64,000 nt of DNA. It comes from Flaccisagitta enflata (Eukaryota). The position numbers were made by a program, and so were the translations under genes. This document shows, one piece after another, positions 54,643 to 64,000 of this stretch. Numbering within the stretch: position 1 is the first letter of the stretch; the number at the start of each line of letters is the position of its first letter. The stretch is taken from contig OZ231126.1 in the NCBI GenBank assembly GCA_965153355.1, forward strand, positions 11,346,001 to 11,410,000. Reading direction: 5' to 3'. Under the pieces are notes generated by a model, which saw only the letters and a program-made list of their open reading frames with translations, did no database searches and was not told where the DNA came from.

Positions 54643-55863
54643 TACACCGTCTTTAGATCAGACTGTAGAATGCAAAACCTTTGTAGCTCCTAAACCACGT
54701 GGAAACAAGGCCGGATATACGGCAATCCAGTCGCTGACGGTTGGGCAGGAGCAGTACTGCAAAAATCGGTCGAAATTAAGAAATGTGACCGACGGACCGA
54801 CCGACACAGCAAAGTGTAGAGTTGCGTGTCCGTGACTAAAAATCTGAACAGTATCTGGGTCCGCAATGGAGGGGGTTAAAGATCACCAATTCCATAAGAT
54901 CGCTAACCCTGTAAGTTCGCTAAAATTATAAGTCCTACATTTAGAGTCTCCATACAAAGATTCATGCAAATCCATTGAAAAATGGCAAAGTTATGCACGT
55001 TTTTCACTTTTAGGCTAGTAGGGTGGTTTAGGGTTGCATGTTTCCCATTGAATAACATGGATAATTGATGAAAACTAAGAAAAATGAAAAATTCCCATTT
55101 AACAACAAGGCAAATTGACAAGAAGTTGAAGAAGAAATGCAAAATTCCCATGGAATTTCATGGAAAATTGCTACCAAGGCCTCATGTATGCCCTGTCAGG
55201 ACGTATGGTAATTCACCCCTGTGTCCTACAGGACATTGGCCCTTTGGGGCCGCTGCCCTGCTCTCACTCTACTTCATCAGCTAAGGACTCCAAGCAAGGT
55301 ATTGGGTACCGCTGACCATTTGCGATCCTTGGATGACTTGTTTATACTATGATCTGAGCTTTGACAGTCAAAAACCGTCACATGTTACCAATATTCACAA
55401 ATAATTTCATGAATTTTTGGGCAGCGGCTCCAAAGGGCTGATATCCTGTATAACACAGGGGTGAATTTCCAGATGTCCGTCTGTCCATACGTACATCTGT
55501 CTGTCTGTACGTCTGTCTGTCTGTCTGTCCCCCCCTGCCAAAGCTTCTGAGCCTCATGTTCCCATCAAATAACATGTAAAATTGAAGAAATGCAAAATTC
55601 CTATTGAATAACATGAAAAATTGAAAAAGAAATGAAAAAAATATGAAATTCCCATTGAATAACGTGGATTTGGTACTTTTTTTTTCAACAGTCTTGCCAA
55701 TTAGGTCACTGTGGGTTAGAATCTCAGTGTTTCTTCAAATTTCAGGATTTTAATGGCCATTACTTCTAAAAAAAGTAAAGGGGGACAAACAGTGTCGCTT
55801 GACTAACGTTTTCCATTTTTGGGCTAATCTTGGGTTAATTTAGGTCAGTCAAGCAGATATGCA

Positions 55864-56981
55864 TAGTACTCGAACTAGCAGGCAATTTGCTAGCAGAGCT
55901 GCTAGCAGAAATCTCAATTGCTCTGCTAGCAGAAATTTTTTTGCTGCTAGCAGAAAATAGCAGAAATATTAAGCTTTTTTTTTATTTTTACGAAAATATT
56001 AGAAAAAATTTTGTCAAAAATTTTTCTTTTTCTTAAGAAAACAAGACTTCTTTTTCCAAAATCTTACAAATACATTGTCAATGAAGCCTAAAGTCATTTA
56101 AGGTTAACTATTAGGCACAATTGCAATGAAAGTAAGATAAAGGGAGTATCCTCATAAAGAATATTTTTTACAGGGCAGCATCAATAAATTGTCATAAGAG
56201 ATCTAGTAGATCATTATCACATCATTTGATGAATTAGTTATTTAATCATTTCAGATGGAAAAAAAATTTATCTCTTTTTCTGTATAAATGAATTTAATCT
56301 TGAAACATAAGGATCAATAAAATAGACTTACTAAATAACTCTCAACTTACCTATCATTTCATTATACAATCCCTAGAGAGACCAAAACTATTGCTACTCA
56401 GATATTGTGGTACTTTTAATTATCTTTGAATTGTTTGAATGAAAATCTAAATCTCTATAGCCAGTCAAACATACATCAATCATATCAATTACATTGTTTT
56501 CATTACAGAGCAATTCCTGCTCTAAGCTTAAATCTTTTCAATACTTATCTTCAGTAAACAAACATTCATCTTTTTTCTTTCAAAGCTATGCTTGATTGAT
56601 TATAAATCTTTACAATCATGAGTTTCTCTCATGACTAAAATCAGTGTTTAATTGCATTGATAGCAAGATCTAGCTGTATGAAGAATGATGAAAGTAGGAG
56701 CGACTCTTTTGGAGTTACCTTTTGGCCATTATCAGACAATTTCCGTCATGATTTTTAGTCAATAGAATGTAATTTATCCTTTAATCAATACAATGTTCAA
56801 AGTATATTACAAAAATGTTTGAATTTTGCTCCTTAATACATGTTACTCAAGTGGTGCCTTCTTATCTGGTTATAAACTATTATATCTATAACTGCTACTT
56901 TCTGCTAGCAGTGCTAGCAAAAAAATTTCAAAAATGCTATCTGCTAGCAGTAGAAAAAATCTACTGCTAGTTCGAGTACTA
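55864..56981. mobile_element. hAT-like MITE with perfect 8-bp TSD
   Basis: TIR TAGTACTCGAACTAGCAG / CTGCTAGTTCGAGTACTA; TSD GATATGCA at 55856-55863 and 56982-56989; subterminal GCTAGCAG repeats. Confidence 0.88.
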
Positions 56982-57259
56982 GATATGCATGGCTCAAATG
57001 CCCTAAAAAATCTATGCATGTGTTTAGTTTTACCATTTTGAGGCTCCTAACCAACTTTCAAGTAAAACGGATACGGGCTTGCCTCTATCTCTAATCATTT
57101 GGTCAGTTTTGGCTAAATTCTACTCAATTCTTTGCCCTACTTAGCCAGTTTGAAAGACTCGGAATCCGCTGAAATTTATGCACGCATTGAGCTTTACCGT
57201 TGTGAGATGCTACGCCAAGTTGGGCTTAATCGGATAGTGATTGGCCAAATTATTCAACT

Positions 57260-57740
57260 TTTTTCATTTTTAGGCCAACATGGCCTGATTTCGGCCTGAT
57301 TTCGGCCTCATTGCATGATCGTAGCCCTATGAATCGTTGTGACATATTAGAGGAGACTGTTGTGAGGCTACATTTCAAATTTCATCCAAATCGGACAAAA
57401 ACTAAAGTTTATAGACGAATTTTTTTCATTTTTAGCCCAACTTGGCCTGATTTTGGCCTGATTTTGGCCTCATTGCATAATCGTAGACCTATAAATCGTT
57501 GTGACATGTTAGAGGAGACTGTTGTGAGGCTAAATTTCAAATCTCATCCAAATCGGACAAAAATTTAAGTTTTTAGACAAGTTTTTCATTTTTAGGCCAA
57601 CCTGGCCTGATTTTGGCCTGATTTCGGCCACATTGCATGATCGTAGCCCTATGAATCATTGTGACATCGTAGAGGAGACTGATGTGAGGCTACATTTCAA
57701 ATTTCATCCAAATTGGACAAAAACTTAAGTTTTTAGACGA
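57260..57740. repeat. Three tandem copies of a ~160-bp unit
   Basis: aggccaac..tggcctgatt..ggcctgatt..catccaaatcggacaaaa anchors at ~57272, 57434 and 57594. Confidence 0.88.
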
Positions 57741-59364
57741 GTTTGTGTAAATACATATTAGAATCATGAATTTCGCGCGAAAGCGTCGATAACCTTGAAA
57801 CCCCTAAATTACGCCGCTTTTTCTCTTTCTCTGTTTATCCAGGTTAAGAGTTAAGCAGACTGCCACCTTGGCGGACTTAGATGTCACCATATTGTCATGC
57901 TTGAATTGAAAGCTGTTTTTAACAATATAATAAGCAAGTTGACTAATTCCTGAATGAAATAAAATGATCGGACCAAGTCAGGACAATTAAAAAGCGTCGA
58001 TAACCTTGAAACCCCTAAATTACCGACGATGGATGGCGGCCAAAAAACGGACGATCGTGTCAATTGAGAAACGCAATCAACTTCTCAGGCGAAGTTGGAG
58101 GTTGCAATTATAGAAAGGACACGTGATATCATGCCAATGATGACCAGTATTACTATGAATGCATAATTAAAAAACATAACTATTTGTCGTCAAAAATGTG
58201 GTGAATTTTCGCGTAGCTTTTCTCTGGCAAATTTCCGTCAATTTTTTCCATCTGATCGCTTTTTTACACATTTTTTTTCACCAGTCTTCACCATGAGGTC
58301 ACTGTGGGTTGGAATTTCATAGCGTTACTTCATATTTCAGGCTTTTAATGAGTAATACTACTTAAAATGTCAAGCGTAACACTTTTGTTACATCAAAAAT
58401 ACCCTCTTAGGGTGTCTGTTATGCACAAAAATAAAGCACATAAAATCGAGCGGGTTTTAAATATTGTTAAATTCCCATCTAACCCCCTCAGGGTTACTGG
58501 TGCTATGTAAGGGAGACAACCTCAAACCTTTAGAAAGCACAAAATGAGCTGAAATCTCGCTCAAATCAGAATGTCATGGATGAATTCGGAAAGAACCTCC
58601 TTTTTTTTCTTTTCCTTCCATTTACCTTTCTTCCTTTCCTTCTGTTTTCCTTTCTTTCTTTCCGTTTTTCTTCCTTCCTTTCTGTCCGTTTTCTGATCTT
58701 CCTTTCTGTCCATTTTCTGTTCTTCCTTTTTTCCGTTTTCCTCTCTTCCTTTCTCTCCGTTTTCCTTTCTTCCCTTCATTCCGTTTTCCTACCTTCCTTT
58801 CTATTTTCTTTGCTTCCTCTTTTTACGTTTTCCTTTCTTCCTTTTGATCCATCTTCCTTTCTTTCTCTCCGTTTTCCTTTATTCCTTGCTGTCTGTTTTC
58901 TGATCTTCCTTTCTTTCCGTTTTTTTTTCTTCCTTTCTTTTTATTTTCTTTTCTTCTTGCTTTCGATTTTCCTTTCTTTCTTTCTTTACGTTTTTCCTTC
59001 TTCCTTTCTTTCCATTTTTCTTTCTTCCTTTCCTTTAAGTTTTCCTTTATTTACGTTTTCATTTCTTCCTTTCTTTTCATTTTCCTTTCATTCTTTCTTT
59101 CCATTTTTCTTTCTTTCTTTCTATACATTTTCTTTTCTTCCTTTCCTTCACGTTTTCCTTTCTTTACGTTTTCCTTTCTTCCTTTCTTTTCATTTTCCTT
59201 TCTCTACGTTTTCCTTTCTTCCTTTCCATTTTCCTTTCTTTCTGTTTTCCTTTCTTCCTTTATGTTTTCTCTTTTTATTTCTTTCCGACGGTTTTCGTTT
59301 TCCTCACCTCTTTCTGTTTTTCATTACTTCTTTTTGTCTTTCTATCTTTCTATCTTTCTATCTT

Positions 59365-59404
<40 letters not shown>

Positions 59405-59408
59405 TCCT

Positions 59409-59496
<88 letters not shown>

Positions 59497-61100
59497 TCAT
59501 CTTTCTTTTTAGTCGCGACTCTACACCTCGCCGTGCTGGTCGGTCCCTCTGTCCGTCCGTCCGTCCATAACATTTTTGAATATCGAGCGGTTTTCATCCT
59601 ACTGCTCCGGCCCAACTGTCTGCGACTGGATTGCCAAGTATCCAGCCTTGTTTTCTTGCTCATTGATGGACGGACAGTTTAAACATTTGATATATACAAA
59701 AGCGCCGCATGAAAACATGCAAACTCATGTGACGTAATCTTCCAATCATTTCCCTAATTTGCATAATGAAGTAATCGCAGAAGACAGTTGATACGAGCTT
59801 CCAAAAGATATTTTGACAATGAAACTTGACAGCGACAATCTAGTTGTCATACAAAAGATAAAGTCATCTATTTCTAACAAGAAATACTGAAACTTGTTCA
59901 ATAACAGGAAAATTTATTGAGAAGTTCTCACCGTTATTGGACCCAGCGACATCGAGTGAGCATTTTGACGGGGAAAACTGTTATGAGCATTGAACATACA
60001 AACATTTGAATGCCGATTTTTTGCTGATTAGTTATATTTGCACAAGACGGTTCTTCCCTGTGACTTACAGAGAGATTTTCGACAAAAACGCATACTGACC
60101 AGCCCTAATGTGCTGTAACTGTCATCATCTTTCATCTCCCATGCCGCAACTTTCATGTGCTGTTACTGTCATCATCTTTCCCCGTCGAGACACAACTAAG
60201 TTTATGTTTTCTTTGAAAGTTTAAGAGAGTAGAAGCTAAAAGCAATGTCTGAAAGCGACGGCGGGAGAAGCGAAAGAGAAGTTTAAGAGAGGGAAGACAA
60301 GCGCAACAGTAAAAGCCAGAAAAAGAAAATAAAGAGCTTGGAGAGAGACACGAAATTGAAGTAGAGGTTAAAGTTAAAGGAGGGCTTCTTTTCTTCTCCT
60401 TTCCCCCCCCCCTAAGAAAATTTATCCTGGCACATTTCCTCTGTTTGTACTCCTGCCTATATGTATCTTGTGATTGGTTTAAGTATCTGTTTAACCATTT
60501 TCTCCTTCATTTGTTTGTCTGTCAATAAAATCAAGTCCCTATTCACCGATTCTCTCTCTCTCTTATTACCATCCACTTGCTCCTTACACTTACGCCATAC
60601 CCACGCCCTAACCACACCCTAACCACACTGCTGTCAGTTTGTCAAGATGTCGGTCTGTTCGGCCGCCCTTATCAAGTTTCTCTTATCCATTTATTCATCA
60701 CTTCTTTCTCCTTCCTACTCTTTCCACTCCCTTTCCGCATCCTCAGATTAGGCTGTTTGGTGATACTGAAGAAGTTTCTCTCACTCATATTTTCATATTT
60801 CCCTCCTCCCTCCTCCCCTTCCCACTCCTTTGCTCCCTCTTTAGGTCAGGCTGCCAGTCTGTTTGGTCTTACTGATGTATTTTTTATAACTCATCTTTCC
60901 CTCCTTCCTCCTCCCCTTTCCACTCCTTTGCTCCCTCTTTAGGTCAGGCTGCCAGTCTGTTTGGTCTTACTGATGTACTTTGTCTAGCTCATATTTTCAC
61001 CATTCTGTCATCCCTTCTCCATCTTCAGGTCAGGCTGCCGGTCTGTTTAGCCAGACTGATGGACCTTCATATTTTCATTTTCCCTCCTCCCTCTCTTTTT

Positions 61101-61278
61101 AGTTGCGGACACGCAACTCTATAAGAGGCTTTGTCCGTCCACCCATCCGTCCGTCCGTCGGTCCGTCCGTCCGTCCATCCGTCCGTCCGTCCATAACCAT
61201 TGAGTCGAAAATCGGTAAAACGCGCATTTCCGCCCCTGCCCACCCGTCCACAATGATGGCCGTGTATCCGGCCTTGTT
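61101..61278 (+). mobile_element. Helentron/DINE-like element, family D
   Basis: TT|AGTTGCG gaca CGCAACT ctataagagg; (GTCC)n; GGCCG tgtatc CGGCC ttgtt. The same 5' end occurs at 27642. Confidence 0.8.
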
Positions 61279-61413
61279 CCCTCATATTTTCACCATTCTG
61301 TCATCCCTTCTCCATCTTCAGCTCAGGCTGCCGGTCTGTTCAGCCGAACGGATGACGATTCCCTCATATTTTCATTTTCCCTCGTCCCTCTCTTTGCCCT
61401 TCTCCATGTTCAG

Positions 61414-61508
61414 GTCAGGCTGCCGGTCTGTTCGGTCGTCCGGATGGAGTTTTCGTGGACCATCAACTCCACATTCTCGTCAGCGATAACGACAAAAACC
61501 AAATTCAG
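61414..61508 (+). CDS. Internal exon of NHL-repeat protein gene (phase 1 / phase 0)
   Basis: cttctccatgttcAG acceptor, CAG|GTACTT donor. Encodes (G)QAAGLFGRPDGVFVDHQLHILVSDNDKNQIQ, a canonical NHL repeat bridging exons 32214 and 63051. Not present in the ORF track. Confidence 0.9.
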
Positions 61509-62060
61509 GTACTTCACCGTTTCCAATTTTCTTTTTAAGTGCGTCCTCGCACTTCTATAAGAGGTCGTGTCCGTCGGTCGGTTGGTTAGTCGGTTGGTTG
61601 GTTGGTCGGTCGAGCAAACGTTTGAAATGTGCAAAACGGCTGATTATGTCGTATTTCTTCATTCCTATCATTTTTCATGCCTTACCTCATTCATTTTCAT
61701 TCATTCATTCATTCATTCATTCATTCATTCATTCATTCATTCATTCATTCATTCATTCATTCATTCATTCATTAATCAAGCGAGGCGCACTTATTGGCCC
61801 TATTTTGGATCTTTTTTTTTGTACTTTGTATTACGGACGGACGGACGGACGTACGGACGGACGGACGGACGGACGGACGGACGGACGGACGGACGGACGG
61901 ACGGACGGACAGATGGAGTTGCGTGGATACGACCACAGATTTTCTTCATAATCATATTGAAACCGTTTTTGACCAGCGAAAAATCAATATCTGACCTCGG
62001 CCATTAGGAAAGCATTTCCCGGGTGCACCCTCGACCTCGGCTCAGACCACCAACGATTAA

Positions 62061-62329
62061 GGGGACGTTTCTAGTCACAGACAATCGCGTTTTGAACGGG
62101 CCACTCGGTCGCTCGCTAGGTTCGTTCGCTCGCACCACTCACTCCGCTCACTCGCTCCGCAGCGCTCCGCTTTGCTACGCTCGCTTCGCTCGCTCGCTCC
62201 GTTCACGGGCTCGCTCACTCACTTGGCTCACTCCTTCATGGGACAGTTGAAATTCTTTAATATGTGTTCACGCTGTTATCGCGTTTCATGGGAACAAACG
62301 CGTTTTTGGCGCACACTAGAAACACGCCC
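62061..62329. mobile_element. PIF/Harbinger (Tourist)-like MITE
   Basis: taa|GGGGACGTTTCTAGT ... ACTAGAAACACGCCC|caa; TCGC-rich interior; inverted sister at 32824. Confidence 0.65.
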
Positions 62330-63050
62330 CAAGTTCAGAAAACATGAAATGGGAGGAAAATTCCATCCATGAGCTCCAGGGGAGAAATAACTAATTTTTT
62401 TTTCTTAGTCCATTTCTATGTATTTTCCCTGAGATTGCCAAAAACCGATCATATTTCGCACTGAAATTTCATAAGAGGGGAGAGGAACAGAGAAAACAAC
62501 AACATTGCCCGTTTGGACAGCATCCGGAGGGAGGTCTTTGAACCTTCTTTCACTCTTTTTTTTTCTCTCGCAAAATTCGCATACATATGTCTATGGCAAG
62601 TGAATCCATATTCTTTGCTACATTCAAAACTGACACACAGTTACACGCCGCTACAACAGATCTGACAGTAACGGAAATCTGCTTATGAAAAATGGATATC
62701 AAAGTTTGGTCCCTTCAAGTCATTTTCTTTCATTTTCTAAATTGGCAACCTAGTAAATACACTAAAAAACATTTGTTAGTCTCTTAGCATCCGTTATTGC
62801 GGGGTTCAACTGTACATGTATGTGGAAAGTTGAAAATGGTACTTCTCAACCCGTCTAAATCAAGGTTGAGAACCTTTGGCGCTCGCAATAGTGGTTAATC
62901 TGGAACCATCCGTCCATGACAGTTATCTATGATGTCTAGTGAACCCCTACTTACTGTAGCCGTACGATTAATAATGAATCCTTCATAAAACAAATGCTTT
63001 ATGTGAAATGATCATTTATCCCATTGTATTTTCTCGTTCACGCTGCGCAG

Positions 63051-63276
63051 GTTTACAATTACGAAGGTCCCCTGATCTCAACGATTAAAGGCGAGGCCGG
63101 GTTGACCGAGCCCACGGGCATCGTCACTGACGACCAAGGCCATTGCTACATTTGCTACCCTCAACAACAATGCATCAAGAAATACCTCTACACCAACGCA
63201 GCTCCCCCGGAAACACCCAAGATGGTCACGCAAATGAGCATGACCATGATCAGCAATGGAGAAGCAGCCATGGCAG
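63051..63276 (+). CDS. Penultimate exon of NHL-repeat protein gene (phase 0 / phase 1)
   Basis: gcgcAG acceptor, CAG|GTACAA donor. Encodes VYNYEGPLISTIKGEAGLTEPTGIVTDDQGHCYICYPQQQCIKKYLY (last NHL blade) plus tail. Confidence 0.88.
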
Positions 63277-63881
63277 GTACAAATGTGTGTGTGTGTGCCA
63301 GTATGCAAATGAGCATGACCACGATCAGCAACGGCAAATCAGCCATGACAGGTTTGGATGTACATGTGTGTGTTTCAATGTGCAACTGAGCATGTTGAGC
63401 ATCTCCAGTTGAGCATGACCATGATCAGCAACGGGGAGGCAGCCATGGCAAGTGCGTCTGTGTATGTGTGTCAATCTGCATAAGTTTTTTTTACTTGATA
63501 GTGAACAAGACTTTTTGCATCTTTGTCTTTTGAAAATTTGCCTATCTTTTGTTTGTTTTTTTTAAGCATGAATTAATATTGTCTTTTAAGTACATGTCTG
63601 TGTATGTGTCCTTTAATGGACTGTGCCCAATTTTGTTAAAAGTCTAAGCCCAATTTTGTTGAAAGTCTTTATTTTTTTGATTGATGATCGTATCCCAAAA
63701 CCCAGAACACAACAATATACACAAATGAGGGACCAAATGTTAATGTTGGAAACAAAGGGAGACAAATGCAATTAAAAAAAAACTGATGCTGAAGGATTTC
63801 GATAATAATGTTGATTCTTAGACAAAAAAATGGCAAATTACATAATCACATCCTATTGACACACCCAAATTTTCTCAACAG

Positions 63882-63958
63882 GCGGCGCCCACAACGGCAG
63901 AAACCACCACTCCACCCACAAGCTCGAGAGGCAAGAAACCAAGCCAGGGTCCATCTGA
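63882..63958 (+). CDS. Terminal coding exon of NHL-repeat protein gene
   Basis: ttttctcaacAG acceptor; the phase 1 join gives GGAHNGRNHHSTHKLERQETKPGSI*, with TGA at 63956-63958. Confidence 0.72.
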
Positions 63959-64000
63959 CTATATGGACCCCAAAAATCCGTGGATATCCCGTCAATATCC

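Larger units (their letters stand above)
52856..60107. mobile_element. 7.25-kb non-coding TIR element with 9-bp TSD, containing nested insertions
   Basis: TIR TAGGGCTGGTCA / TGACCAGCCCTA; ATGTGCTGT duplicated at 52847-52855 and 60108-60116; the host satellite resumes in register after it. Confidence 0.82.

Noticed and set aside
58576-59682. 368-aa Phe/Ser/Leu-rich ORF, and similar ORFs at 12454, 26724, 41299 and 49807
   Set aside because: Low-complexity pyrimidine/purine microsatellite lacking stop codons by composition.

Overview
This is eukaryotic (animal, probably invertebrate) genomic DNA, extremely repeat-rich, with under 2% host coding sequence. It contains no prokaryotic-type operons, RNA genes or CRISPR array. 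The window opens with ~5.9 kb of a G-rich 71-bp satellite, followed by a 5'-truncated LINE whose RT ORF is still open (minus strand). From 14.5 kb to the end lie the last five phase-compatible exons of a plus-strand gene encoding an NHL-repeat beta-propeller (TRIM-NHL-like C-terminus): 14503-14688, 32214-32438, 61414-61508, 63051-63276 and 63882-63958. Its 17.5-kb and 29-kb introns are filled with nested non-autonomous DNA elements. These include many Helentron/DINE-1-like (HINE-type) elements with covarying terminal hairpins, hAT-, Tc1/mariner- and PIF-like MITEs with readable TSDs, a decayed AcademX transposon, a 7.25-kb TIR element with a 9-bp TSD, and several mini- and microsatellites. Three signals stand out. 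(i) Families of small elements keep the same terminal secondary structure while the sequence changes. (ii) Tandem duplications repeatedly copy the gene's own splice junctions, producing decoy acceptors and an in-frame alternative donor. (iii) A candidate upstream exon would need a GA donor. Almost all long ORFs in the supplied track are repeat artefacts. Coordinates were read by eye; superfamily assignments are inferences from TIR/TSD/motif patterns, not database searches.
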